A stretch of 64,000 nt of DNA from Candidatus Latescibacterota bacterium (GTDB lineage: Bacteria; Latescibacterota; UBA2968; UBA8231): positions 5,728,001-5,792,000 of the forward strand of contig CBDETY010000003.1 in assembly GCA_965243025.1 (NCBI GenBank). Direction: 5' to 3'. The notes under the pieces are model-generated. The model was not told the DNA's origin. It did no database searches and saw only the letters and a program-made list of their open reading frames with translations. Below, one piece after another: positions 1-9,775 of this stretch. Positions within the stretch are counted from its first letter, which is position 1; each line of letters starts with the position of its first letter. The translations under genes were made by a program, and so were the position numbers.

Positions 1-524
1 TGGATGACGGCCAGCTCGCGGCTCAGGGCCAGGACTCCTCCCTTGCTCGCCGTGTACGCGATCTGCGGAGTGGCCGCCCCCAGCAGGGCGACGAACGAGG
101 CGGTGTTGATCACCGACCCGCCGCCGGCTCTCAGCAGCGCCGGGATGCCGTACTTGCAGCCGAGGAACACCCCCTTGAGGTTGACGTTCATCGTCTGCTC
201 CCAGACCGCCTCGTCAGTGTCGACGGCGCCGCCGTCCTCCAGGTGGGAGATGCCGGCGTTGTTGAACAGGATGTCGAGGCGGCCGAATGCCTCCTCGGCC
301 CCGGCGATCATCCGCCGGCAGTCCCGCGCCTCGGAAACGTCGGCGCGCGCGAAGATGGCGCGGCCACCGGCCTCGGCGATCATGTCCGCGGTTTCGGAGC
401 CGGCGACATCGTCTATGTCGACCGCGGCAACAGCCGCCCCTTCCCGCGCGAAACGCAGCGCCGTCTGGCGGCCGATACCGCTGCCGGCCCCGGTGATCAG
501 CGCCGATTTTCCGGCCAGTCTCAT
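1..524 (-). CDS. SDR family NAD(P)-dependent oxidoreductase (3' end outside window)
   Basis: Manual translation from ATG 524: MRLAGKSALITGAGSGIG (TGxxxGxG), NNAGI, YTASK (YxxxK). Missing from the ORF track because it runs off the edge. Confidence 0.9.
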   Translation of the reverse strand, partial: MRLAGKSALITGAGSGIGRQTALRFAREGAAVAAVDIDDVAGSETADMIAEAGGRAIFARADVSEARDCRRMIAGAEEAFGRLDILFNNAGISHLEDGGAVDTDEAVWEQTMNVNLKGVFLGCKYGIPALLRAGGGSVINTASFVALLGAATPQIAYTASKGGVLALSRELAVI

Positions 525-699
525 GCGAAATGCCCCGCTTTTCCTTTTTCCGATTTTGAGGAACGGGCAAAACTTCAGCCCCGTTATCGGGGGGCGCAAG
601 CAGTTTACTCTACTGGCCGCCAGGGTGAAATTTGGCCCCGGATTGGCACCCCGGACCTTCAGGGACCCAGGCCGAAAAACCATCGGCGGGAGCGAGATC

Positions 700-1977
700 A
701 TGGACAAAGACACAGCCTTCGAAATGGCCACCTCGAACATCCGCTACGGACGCGGAGTCACCGCCGAGGTCGGCATGGATCTCGTGGACATGGGGGTGGG
801 AAACGCAATGGTGGTCACCGATGAGGTGCTCGCTTCCCTTCCGCCTGTGACCAACCTGCTTGCCGCCCTCGAGGACAGCGGGGTGCGTTTCCAGCTGTTC
901 GACCGGGTGCACGTCGAGCCGACCGACCGCTCGTTCCGGGAGGCCATCGACTTCGCCGCGGCCGGCGGCTTCGACGGTTTCGTCGCCGTCGGCGGCGGCT
1001 CTACCATCGACACGGCGAAGGCGGCCAACCTCTACGACTCCCATCCCGCCGATTTTCTCGACTACGTCAACGCGCCGATCGGCAAGGGGCTGCCGGCCCC
1101 GGGCCCCCTGAAACCGCTGATCGCCATTCCGACGACGGCCGGAACCGGCAGCGAAACGACGGGGGTCGCGATTTTCGACTTCACCGAGATGAAGGCGAAG
1201 ACCGGCATCGCCCATCGCCGCCTGAAACCGGCGCTGGCTGTCGTCGACCCGGAGAACACCCGCACCCTGCCCACGGCCGTGGCCGCATCGACCGGCCTCG
1301 ACGTGCTCAGCCACGCTCTCGAGTCGTACACGGCGATCCCGTTCGACGAACGCCCGCGGCCGGAGCGGCCGGTGCTGCGGCCCTCCTACCAGGGCGCCAA
1401 CCCGATCAGCGACATCTGGGCCCTGGAGTCGCTGGCGATGGTAGCCGAGTTCCTTCCCCGGGCCGTCGCCGACCCCGGAGACGACGAGGCGCGGGGGCAG
1501 ATGCTGCTGGCCGCCTCGTACGCCGGCATGGGTTTCGGCAACGCCGGGGTCCACCTGCCGCACGGGATGTCGTACCCCGTCGCCGGCATGGTCCGCGACT
1601 ACCTGCCGCCCGGATACGCGACCGGCCACCCCCTGGTGCCGCACGGGGTCGCGGTGATCGTCAACGCCCCGGCGGTGTTCCGCTTCACGGCGGGCTCCAG
1701 CCCGCAGCGGCACCTGGAGGCGGCCGCGGTGCTCGGCGCCGATACGGAAGGGGCCGGAGCTGAGGAGGCGGGTGATCTGCTCGCCGGCTGCATCATCGAC
1801 TTCATGCGGCGGCTCGACATTCCCAACGGGTTGCGCGCGCTCGGGTACGAGGCCGGGGACATCCCTGCTCTCGTCGAGGGGACCCTGCCCCAGCACCGGG
1901 TGACCAAGCTCTCGCCGAGGCCCGCGGGTGAAGCGGAGCTGCGGCAGCTGTTCGAAGAGGCGCTCGAGTACTGGTAG
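700..1977 (+). CDS. Hydroxyacid-oxoacid transhydrogenase (ADHFE1/HOT-like iron-containing alcohol dehydrogenase)
   Basis: MDKDTAFEMATSNIRYG start; GGGSTIDTAK, PTTAGTGSETT, HALESYT, GVHLPHGMSYPV, PHG motifs typical of the HOT subfamily. Start moved to ATG 700. Confidence 0.88.
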   Translation: MDKDTAFEMATSNIRYGRGVTAEVGMDLVDMGVGNAMVVTDEVLASLPPVTNLLAALEDSGVRFQLFDRVHVEPTDRSFREAIDFAAAGGFDGFVAVGGGSTIDTAKAANLYDSHPADFLDYVNAPIGKGLPAPGPLKPLIAIPTTAGTGSETTGVAIFDFTEMKAKTGIAHRRLKPALAVVDPENTRTLPTAVAASTGLDVLSHALESYTAIPFDERPRPERPVLRPSYQGANPISDIWALESLAMVAEFLPRAVADPGDDEARGQMLLAASYAGMGFGNAGVHLPHGMSYPVAGMVRDYLPPGYATGHPLVPHGVAVIVNAPAVFRFTAGSSPQRHLEAAAVLGADTEGAGAEEAGDLLAGCIIDFMRRLDIPNGLRALGYEAGDIPALVEGTLPQHRVTKLSPRPAGEAELRQLFEEALEYW

Positions 1978-1991
1978 AAGCGGAGCCCGCC

Positions 1992-3167
1992 TCATTGCTC
2001 CCCGGCCGCAAGGAAGCTTCCCTCAGCAGCCATTTCAAGCGCCGTTTTGTAGGGCAGAACCGTTACCTCGCCAACCTTCAGCAATCGCTTGCCCCGGTAC
2101 ACGCCGAAAGCTCGCTGGATGTCGCCGGATTGCAGCAGGACATTCAGCCCTTTGTTGAAGTTCTCTCTCCAGCTCGTGGAAGATTTTATTTCAAAGCCGG
2201 CCGCCTGCCGGCCCCTTTTCCAGATGAGGTCCACCTCGTTGCCGGATTCCGTGCGCCAGTAGAAGAACTGCGCACCGTGGGACCGCCATGAATTGAGCGC
2301 CCTGAACTCATTGAGAAGAAAGGTTTCGAACAGCACGCCTGTTTCGGCTGACGAGGGCTTGTCCCGATGCAGCCCCGCCAGGGCGCGCTGTACGCCGCAA
2401 TCGAACAGGTAGAACTTGGCATGGGCGACCTCTTTGACCTTGGCCTTGTTGCGCCAGGCCGGCAAATACCAGCCCAGAAGCGTATCCTCCAGAATGCTGA
2501 AATAGCCATGCACGGTAGTCCTGGCGACGCCCACATCCCGCGCGATGTTGCTGATGTTAAGTATCTGCCCGTTCACCAGGGCACTGACGGACAGGAAGCG
2601 ATAGAAACTGTCGAGATTTCTGACCAGTGCTTCCTGCTGGACTTCCTCTCTCAGATAGGTCTCGACGTAGGCGTCGAGGAATTCGATCCTTTCCAACTCC
2701 GCGGAAGCCGTCGCGCTCAAGGGCAACTGTCCGTATCGCAGGGCCTCCTGCAAGCGGAAGTCCCTGCCGGTTTCCAGCATGCTCAACGGGAACATTTTCT
2801 TTGACAAGGCGCGCCCGGCCAGCATGTTGGCGTGAGACCGCTTGAGCTTTCTCGCGCTCGAACCCGACAGCGCAAACCGAAGGTCACCCCGGCTCTCGAA
2901 CATGAGCGCGTGAACCTCATCGAGCAGTTCCGGCAGCTTCTGTATCTCGTCGACGATGATCCAGGCGTTCCTGTTTCCGAGTGCAGCCGCTTCCAGAGCC
3001 AGAAGGGACGGGTCGCGTTTATACCGGAGATATTCGCCGGACTTCAGCAAGTTGATGGTCAGGGCCGCATGGCCGAGCCGTTGCTCCAGCCATACGGATT
3101 TTCCCGTTCCCCGTGGACCGAGCAGGAAAAAGCTCTTCTCGGGCAACTCCAGCAGGCGAGGATACAT
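1992..3167 (-). CDS. AAA+ ATPase with C-terminal DUF4143-type PD-(D/E)xK-like domain
   Basis: GPRGTGKS Walker A, IIVDEIQK Walker B, SGSSARKL, KFYLFDCGV, YWRTESGNEVDLI...FEIKS. Lower GC than neighbours. Confidence 0.85.
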   Translation of the reverse strand: MYPRLLELPEKSFFLLGPRGTGKSVWLEQRLGHAALTINLLKSGEYLRYKRDPSLLALEAAALGNRNAWIIVDEIQKLPELLDEVHALMFESRGDLRFALSGSSARKLKRSHANMLAGRALSKKMFPLSMLETGRDFRLQEALRYGQLPLSATASAELERIEFLDAYVETYLREEVQQEALVRNLDSFYRFLSVSALVNGQILNISNIARDVGVARTTVHGYFSILEDTLLGWYLPAWRNKAKVKEVAHAKFYLFDCGVQRALAGLHRDKPSSAETGVLFETFLLNEFRALNSWRSHGAQFFYWRTESGNEVDLIWKRGRQAAGFEIKSSTSWRENFNKGLNVLLQSGDIQRAFGVYRGKRLLKVGEVTVLPYKTALEMAAEGSFLAAGEQ

Positions 3168-3305
3168 GTCGTTGATTCCGTCAGATTTACCGTAAAAGTG
3201 ACGGATACACCGGCACCCGTCAAACCCTGTTACAGAAGAGTCAGCCAGTGATCGGATCTTCGGCGGCGTGGAAACGGGAAGTAAATGGGGGGTAAGAACA
3301 TCAGG

Positions 3306-3612
3306 GGTCAGGACAGCCAATGGGTGCAACGGAGCGGCGGATCCGCCGCAGGGCGGAGGTGATTCCGTGAGTTCGGGCCCGGGATTTCCGAGGCAGATCA
3401 GGTTTACGGGCTTGAGGTGGCCGGATTCGCCCGCCGGTGAAGGCCGAGCGGCCGATCCGCAGAGGGCGAAAGGTGATTCCGGGAGCTCGGGGTTCGGGAT
3501 TTTCTCGGGACGCTCAGGCCTGCATTCCCGCGGTGACCAGACCCGCCCATTGGGTGAAAACCGAGCGGCCGATCCGCTGCAGGACCGGCAGGTGGCTTCC
3601 GGTCGCGGCGCG
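3306..3612. repeat. Three degenerate direct repeats (period 114-117 bp); the third is the 3' end of the glutamine amidotransferase gene
   Basis: Core GAGCGGC(C/G)GATCCGC at 3332, 3446 and 3563, each preceded by ggtg and followed by aggtg(a/gc)ttcc. Confidence 0.75.
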
Positions 3613-4242
3613 GATCTCCCCGCCGTCGAGCCGCGCGCCGCTGAGCTCCTCGGCGAACACCTCCGTCCACTCGGCGACGGAGCTTGCGGACAGCTCCATG
3701 TGGAAGAGGATGCCGTAGGCTCCCGGTCCGTGCGCGAAAGCCTGGTTCTCGGTGAGCCCGGACGATGCCAGCCGCACCGCTCCCCGCGGCAGCTCGAACT
3801 GGTCTCCGTGCCAGTGCAGGGCGGTGAAGCGGCTGCCGTGCCCTTCGCGGACCGGTGACCAGACCGGGTCTCCTGCGGCGGCTTCGTCGAGGGTCACCTC
3901 GTACCAGCCGATCTCCTTCCGCGGCCCGGGGTAGACCTTCGCACCGAGCGCCGCGGCCAGGAGCTGGCTGCCCAGGCAGACTCCCAGGACCGGGCGCTCA
4001 TCCTTCAGGGCGCTCTCGATCAGTCGCATCTCGTCCCGCAGGTGGGGGTAGCTCTCCTGTTCGTACACCCCCATCGGCCCGCCCATGACGATCAGCCCGG
4101 CGGCCCCTTCCATTTCGAGGGGAACCGGTTCTCCTTCGAAAACCCTGACGTGCCTCGGCCTGAGACCGCTGTCCGAAAGCGCATCCTCGATGGTTCCCAG
4201 GGTTTCGCAGTGCACGTGTTGAACCGCTATGACCTCGCTCAC
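3514..4242 (-). CDS. Class I glutamine amidotransferase (GuaA-like GATase domain, stand-alone)
   Basis: MGGPMGVY, GVCLGSQLLA nucleophile elbow, HWHGD, FHME. GTG start overlaps the murB stop (GTGA). Confidence 0.85.
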   Translation of the reverse strand: MSEVIAVQHVHCETLGTIEDALSDSGLRPRHVRVFEGEPVPLEMEGAAGLIVMGGPMGVYEQESYPHLRDEMRLIESALKDERPVLGVCLGSQLLAAALGAKVYPGPRKEIGWYEVTLDEAAAGDPVWSPVREGHGSRFTALHWHGDQFELPRGAVRLASSGLTENQAFAHGPGAYGILFHMELSASSVAEWTEVFAEELSGARLDGGEIRAATGSHLPVLQRIGRSVFTQWAGLVTAGMQA

Positions 4243-5339
4243 TGAACCGCTCCTTCCGCGGAGAGGACGACGGGCTCCCGCTCGAGACGGATGCCGAACC
4301 GCTCCTCCACCTGTTGTTGAATCGCCCCGGCCAGCTTCAGCACGTCGGCGCTGCCGCCGCCTCGATTGACGAGGGCCAGGGCGTGGTTTTCCGAGACGGC
4401 GGCCCCGCCCAGCCGCTGGCCCTTGCGGAACCCGGCGCGCTCGACGAGCCATGCTGCCGGGACCTTGTGCCCACCAAGGTCGGGAAAGACCGGAATCGAC
4501 ACCTGCTGCTCACCGGGTGCTTCCGCGCAACGGCGCTGCAGTGCGGAGAGCTCCGCCTCGCTCAGAACGGGGTTGAGGAAGAACGAGCCTACCGAGCGGG
4601 TGTTGGGGTCGCCGGGGTCGATCACCATCGACTTGCTCCGCCGCAGGTCGAGAACGGCCGCCCTCACCGCGGACGAGGCGGGCTCCCCGGGCTCGAGACC
4701 GTCGAGGCCGCCGCGGCGGGCGACGCACTCGCTCAGCTCGCGGTAGCGCAGCTCCGGGCGGACTCCTTCCTCGAGGCGGAACACCACCTCGGTGACGACG
4801 TAGCGGTCGCGGTCCTCGCTCTTGAAGCGGCTGTTGCGGTAGCGGAAACCGCACTCCCTGTTGGCGAACTCCACCTGCTTCAGGGTGGCGCGGTCGATGG
4901 CGCGCACCGCGGCGATGGTGCCGGCGACCTCCTGGCCGTAGGCGCCGACGTTCTGCATCGGCGCGGCCCCGACCAGTCCGGGGATGCCGGAGAGGCACTC
5001 TATGCCGGAAAGACTGCGGGCGATGCACCGGCGCACGAGATCGTCCCAGTCCTCTCCGGCAAGGGCGCTCACCTCGACTTTGCCGCCGCCCCCCTCGAAG
5101 CGCACCCCGGACAGCTCGAGCTTGAGGACGAGCCCGGGGTAGCCGCGGTCGTCGAAGAGGGTGTTGCTGCCGCCGCCGAGGACCTGCACCGGCAGTCCTT
5201 GCCCTGCCGCCCATTCGAGCGCGGTCCTGATCTCGTCGGCGGTCGTGCACCGGGCGAGGTAGCGGGCCGGACCGCCGAGGCGCATGGTGGTCATCGGCGC
5301 CAGGCCGACCTGCTCCGCGATGATTCCGGGGGTCTTCAT
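4239..5339 (-). CDS. murB: UDP-N-acetylmuramate dehydrogenase
   Basis: GGGSN, GIPGLVGAAPMQNVGAYG, FRYRNSRFK, GSFFLNP, HALALVN, LEREP motifs. Confidence 0.95.
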   Translation of the reverse strand: MKTPGIIAEQVGLAPMTTMRLGGPARYLARCTTADEIRTALEWAAGQGLPVQVLGGGSNTLFDDRGYPGLVLKLELSGVRFEGGGGKVEVSALAGEDWDDLVRRCIARSLSGIECLSGIPGLVGAAPMQNVGAYGQEVAGTIAAVRAIDRATLKQVEFANRECGFRYRNSRFKSEDRDRYVVTEVVFRLEEGVRPELRYRELSECVARRGGLDGLEPGEPASSAVRAAVLDLRRSKSMVIDPGDPNTRSVGSFFLNPVLSEAELSALQRRCAEAPGEQQVSIPVFPDLGGHKVPAAWLVERAGFRKGQRLGGAAVSENHALALVNRGGGSADVLKLAGAIQQQVEERFGIRLEREPVVLSAEGAVQ

Positions 5340-5682
5340 AGGCAATCGAAGAAACCGAGGCCGCTCCGGGCCGACAAGGGCGGAAGGGGGGAAAGGGGTT
5401 GGACAGGGGGAAAGTAAAGCATTTGTTTTCAACAGGTTGTGCAAAGGGCGGCCAGATTGCGGTGCCCGGGGAAGAACAGGACGGGATGGGGGGATTGGTT
5501 TACGGGTTTACTCCCGCAGCCATGCCGGCTGGCCGGCCGCGGATGAGCGTTTGGCGCCGCCCCGGTGAGGCGGACTCGGCCTGCCGGAGGCAGCGGGCGA
5601 ATGAAGGGAGCCGGGAAGCACCCCCGCACCCTGGAACCGGGTAGCGGGGGCCGCTGATTCACCAGAAAGATCCGAGAAACGG

Positions 5683-6993
5683 ATGCAAACCTCGATTTCC
5701 CCGGAGCTCAAGCAGGACCCCGGCGTGCAGGTGTCCGAGGAGATACTGCGCACCTGCGTGCACTGCGGGTTCTGCAACGCCACCTGCCCGACCTACCTCC
5801 TGACCGGCAACGAGCTCGAGGGACCCCGCGGCCGCATCTACCTGATCAAGAACATGCTCGAAGGCAGGATCGCCCCGACCGCCAGCACCGTCGAGCATAT
5901 CGACAACTGCCTCGCCTGCCTCGCCTGCGAGACCACCTGTCCCAGCGGCGTGGTCTACTCCCACCTCCTCGAAGATGCGCGGCCGCGGCTGGAGAAACTC
6001 CACCGCAGGGAGTGGGTCGACCGCCTGATGCGGGCGGTGCTGACCCGGCTGCTTCCCTGGCCCGGACGCTTCCGGTGGGCGCTGCGAATGGCGGCGATCG
6101 GCAGGCGGGGGGCATTCCTGATGCCGCGGCGTTTTCGCCACCTCGCGGCGATGGCCCCGCGCTCGCTTCCGGCCCCTTCCCGCCTTGCGGCTCCCGGGGT
6201 CAAGCCGGCCGCGGACCGGCGCATGCGGGTGGCCCTGCTCACCGGCTGCGCCCAGCAGGTGCTCGGCCCGCACATAAACGACGCGACGGTACGACTGCTG
6301 ACGCGCCGCGGCGTCGAAGTGGTGGTGCCGGAAGCGATGGGTTGCTGCGGCGCCCTGACCTACCACATCGGCGAACGCCGGCACAGCCTGCCGATGATGC
6401 GGCGCAACATCGACGCCTGGTACCGCGAGCTGGAAGGGGACGGGCTCGACGCCATCGTGCTCAACACCTCCGGCTGCGGCACCGCGGTCAGGGAGTACGG
6501 GCACATCTTCCGCAACGACCCGGAATGGGCGCAGAAAGCCGCGGCCGTCACTCCGCTGGTGCGCGACGTTTCCGAGGTGGTCGGCGAGGTCGGGCTGGGG
6601 GAGGTGGTCGAGATGCCGCGCCTCCGCGTCGCCTACCACGACGCCTGCTCGCTTCAGCACGGCCAGAAGATCGTCGCGCCCCCGCGGCAGCTGCTGGCCG
6701 CCGCCGGTTTCGAGGTGGTCGAGGTTCCCGAGGCCCACATCTGCTGCGGCAGCGCCGGCACCTACAACCTGCTGCGCCCGGTATTGGCGGATCAGCTGCG
6801 CGAGCGCAAGGGCGCCAACATAAAAATCATCGAACCGGAGCTGGTCGCCGCCGGTAACATCGGCTGCATCGAGCAGATCGCCTCCGCGGTCGACGTCCCG
6901 GTGGTGCACACGGTCGAGCTGCTCGACTGGGCCACGGGAGGACCGAAGCCCGCGGCGGTGGGGGCCGCTACAGGACCATCTCGACCCGGCTGA
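5683..6993 (+). CDS. glcF: Glycolate oxidase iron-sulfur subunit
   Basis: CVHCGFCNATCPTY and CLACLACETTCPSGV 4Fe-4S motifs, two CCG domains, HTVELLDWATGGPKP C-terminus. Confidence 0.9.
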   Translation: MQTSISPELKQDPGVQVSEEILRTCVHCGFCNATCPTYLLTGNELEGPRGRIYLIKNMLEGRIAPTASTVEHIDNCLACLACETTCPSGVVYSHLLEDARPRLEKLHRREWVDRLMRAVLTRLLPWPGRFRWALRMAAIGRRGAFLMPRRFRHLAAMAPRSLPAPSRLAAPGVKPAADRRMRVALLTGCAQQVLGPHINDATVRLLTRRGVEVVVPEAMGCCGALTYHIGERRHSLPMMRRNIDAWYRELEGDGLDAIVLNTSGCGTAVREYGHIFRNDPEWAQKAAAVTPLVRDVSEVVGEVGLGEVVEMPRLRVAYHDACSLQHGQKIVAPPRQLLAAAGFEVVEVPEAHICCGSAGTYNLLRPVLADQLRERKGANIKIIEPELVAAGNIGCIEQIASAVDVPVVHTVELLDWATGGPKPAAVGAATGPSRPG

Positions 6994-7521
6994 GGCTCTT
7001 CTTGTCGAGGTCGTTGAGGTTGGCGATCTCGAAGCGGTTGCCGTCGACGTCGATCATCAGCAGGCGGAAATCCCCCAGCCACTGGGCGTTCTCCGAGACG
7101 TTCTGGACCACGAACTCGCGCCTGCCCCGGTTGGTGTCCACGTCCCAGTACGAGGTGCCGAAATCGTGGCGCACCGAGTGCACCCGCTCGATCAGCGAGG
7201 TGAGGTAGCGGCGGTCGAGCTCCTCGGCGACGATGCTCCGGGTCTCGTCGTTCAGCAGGGCGAGGTCGTCGATCATGCAGATCTCCTCGTCCTTTTCGTC
7301 GAGGAGGGAGATGTAGCGGTCGGGATGCGTCAGAGGCGCCGCGCGGACGACCTTGATCCTGGTGTAGGAGCGGTCCCCTCGATGGTCAGGCGCAGCTGCC
7401 ACGGCGGCTCGCGGAACAGGCGTATCCCGGAGACGTCGACGCGCTCCGGGTGGGTCACGTCTATAGGCGTGATTCCCTGCCCCGGTCTGCCGTTGGCCCC
7501 TGGCCTCATTTCGTCACTCAC
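6968..7521 (-). pseudogene. DUF1854-like protein split by a one-base frameshift in a G4 run (pseudogene or sequencing error)
   Basis: ORF 7521-7330 (...QLRLTIEG) and ORF 7402-6968 (DRSYTRIKVVRAAPLTHPDRYISL...YWDVDTNRG...DVDGNRFEI) join if one G is added at 7375-7378. Confidence 0.75.
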
Positions 7522-7537
7522 CTGAAATCCTCCTCCG

Positions 7538-9769
7538 TCAGCCGCTGACGGCCATGATCGCCGTGGTTTCCTGCTGGGTCGTGACCAGGTTGTAGAAGAC
7601 CCCCTGGCGCTCCATCAGCTCGGTGTGGGTGCCCATCTCGACCACCTGGCCGTCGTCGAGGACCACCAGCCGGTCGGCGCTGCGCAGCGTCGAAAGGCGG
7701 TGGGCGATTGCAAAGGTGGTGCGGCCCTCGACGAGGCGGGCGATCGCCTCCTGTATCTTGCCCTCGGTCTGCGAGTCGAGGGACGAGGTCGCTTCGTCGA
7801 GGATGAGGATGCGCGGGTCGTGGAGGATGGCGCGGGCGATGGCGATGCGCTGCTTCTCTCCCCCCGACAGCTTGTCCCCCTGCTCTCCGACCACCATGTC
7901 GTAGCCGTCCGGCTTGGCGATGATGAACTCGTGGGCGTTGGCGGCGCGCGAGGCCCGCAGGATCTCGGCGAACGCCGCCCCCGGCTTGCCGTAGCCGATG
8001 TTCTCGGCGACGGTGCCGTTGAACAGGAAGGACTGCTGCGCCACCAGGCCGATCTGGCCGCGCAGATCCTCGAGCTTCATGTCGCGGATGTCGACGCCGT
8101 CGATCATCAGCGAGCCGCGGGTCGCGTCGTAGAACCGGCAGATCATGTTGATGAGGGTGCTCTTGCCGGCTCCCGACTTGCCGACGAGGCCGATCATCTC
8201 CCCGGGCTCGACGTCGAAGTCGATGTTCTTCAGCACCCGCTTGCCGGCGTCGTACCCGAACGACAGGCCGTCGAAGCGGACGCGCCCTTGCAGCGACGGC
8301 ATCGGCAGGGCGCCGGGATCGCCGAAGGGCTCGGTGCGCGCGTCGATGACCTCGAAGATGCGCTCGGCCCCGGCGTAGGCGCGCATCATGAAACCGTAGA
8401 AATCCCCGAACCACTTGAGCGGCTGGTAGAGCATCCAGAGGTAGGTGATGAAGGCGATGAGCTCCCCGAGCGCCAGCGTGCCCCCGAGGATCTGGCGGCC
8501 TCCGAAGTACCAGACGAAGAACACCCCGAAGCTCATGAAGAAGTTGGTGATCATGAAGAACACCACCCAGACCCGTTCCGCCGAGACGCTGACGGCGCGC
8601 AGGTCCTCGTTGCGGCGGTCGAAGCGCTGGCCCTCGCGGCGCTCCTGGGCGAAGGCCTTGACCACCCTGATGCCGCGGATCGACTCGTTCAGGTGGGAGG
8701 AGAGGCGGCCCCACTTCGCCGACCAGCGCTGCCAGTACGCCTCCATCCGGCTCCAGATCAGGCTGCTGCCGATGATGATCGGCGGCACCGGGAGCAGCAC
8801 CAGCAGGGTCAGCTCCCAGTTCATGTAGAACAGGAGCCCGAGGATGCCGACAACCATGAGGGCGTTGTTGAGGATGTAGGGGAGGTCGAACAGCAGGTAG
8901 ACCTCGACGAGATCGGCGTCGTTCGACATTCGCGAGATCAGGGTGCCGACCTTGCGCTTGTCGTAGAACCTCAACGGCAGGTACTGCAGGGCCCGGTAGA
9001 GGTCGGCGCGCAGCTCCTCGATGGCGCGCAGCCCTATCCGGGAGCTGAGCCACTTGCGGGACACCCAGGTGATCCAGCCCATGATGTTGACCGCGAGCAG
9101 GCCCGCGACCAGCCACCCGAGCAGGTCGAGGTTGGCCCCGGGGGTCAGGACGTCGTCGATGATGCTCCTGACGATCAGGGGAGGGAGGAGGTCGGAAACC
9201 GCCTCGGCGGCGAGCACGAGAAACAACAGCACGATCCGCTTCTTGTAGACCAGCATGTAGCCGATCAGCCGCCGCAGGGTCGCCAGCTTCTTCACGCAGG
9301 CCGGACACACGCCGTCCTTTTCCGGCAGCACGCGGCCGCAGCGCTCGCAGCGGGTGCGCTCGACCGTCGTCGGCAGGGTGACGGTCCTGCCCTCGGCGAG
9401 CTGCTGGATCCCCTCGGCCACCTCGCCGAACCTCGCCGCCAGGGAGTTGGAGTAGTAGAGGCGCTCCGGCTCCCCCTCCTTGCGCTCCACCTCCAGGAGT
9501 CCGCCGCCGACCAGGGCTTCGGCGCGCGCGGTTCTGACCGCTTCGATCGGTATCTGCACATCCCCCATGCCGCCGGCGCGCAGGAAAACCACGCGCCTTT
9601 CGGTAAGCACCAGCCAGCTTTCCCCGTACCGGTGCCGGCCCGACATGTCGGCGGCGACCTGGATGAGGACGTGCTCTCCCGGGGAGGTGTATCTCCGCAG
9701 GTTGCGGCCGATCTCCCCGGGCAGGGGCTCGACGAACGGATTGGCGGTCTTTTTCGCAGCGGTGGTCAC
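7538..9769 (-). CDS. ABC exporter, fused TMD+NBD, with N-terminal extension and Cys4 zinc ribbon (paralog 2)
   Basis: GKSGAGKS, LSGGEKQR, ILILDEATSS, AHRLST; RCERCGRVLPEKDGVCPAC before the TM helices. Confidence 0.92.
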   Translation of the reverse strand: MTTAAKKTANPFVEPLPGEIGRNLRRYTSPGEHVLIQVAADMSGRHRYGESWLVLTERRVVFLRAGGMGDVQIPIEAVRTARAEALVGGGLLEVERKEGEPERLYYSNSLAARFGEVAEGIQQLAEGRTVTLPTTVERTRCERCGRVLPEKDGVCPACVKKLATLRRLIGYMLVYKKRIVLLFLVLAAEAVSDLLPPLIVRSIIDDVLTPGANLDLLGWLVAGLLAVNIMGWITWVSRKWLSSRIGLRAIEELRADLYRALQYLPLRFYDKRKVGTLISRMSNDADLVEVYLLFDLPYILNNALMVVGILGLLFYMNWELTLLVLLPVPPIIIGSSLIWSRMEAYWQRWSAKWGRLSSHLNESIRGIRVVKAFAQERREGQRFDRRNEDLRAVSVSAERVWVVFFMITNFFMSFGVFFVWYFGGRQILGGTLALGELIAFITYLWMLYQPLKWFGDFYGFMMRAYAGAERIFEVIDARTEPFGDPGALPMPSLQGRVRFDGLSFGYDAGKRVLKNIDFDVEPGEMIGLVGKSGAGKSTLINMICRFYDATRGSLMIDGVDIRDMKLEDLRGQIGLVAQQSFLFNGTVAENIGYGKPGAAFAEILRASRAANAHEFIIAKPDGYDMVVGEQGDKLSGGEKQRIAIARAILHDPRILILDEATSSLDSQTEGKIQEAIARLVEGRTTFAIAHRLSTLRSADRLVVLDDGQVVEMGTHTELMERQGVFYNLVTTQQETTAIMAVSG

Positions 9770-9775
9770 GGAAGC

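Noticed and set aside
4-699. 232-aa N-terminal extension on the transhydrogenase ORF
   Set aside because: Antisense shadow of the SDR gene; homology starts at ATG 700.
3306-3612. Degenerate repeats as CRISPR or integron attC
   Set aside because: Copies are highly diverged and derived from coding sequence; no attC core sites, cas or intI seen.
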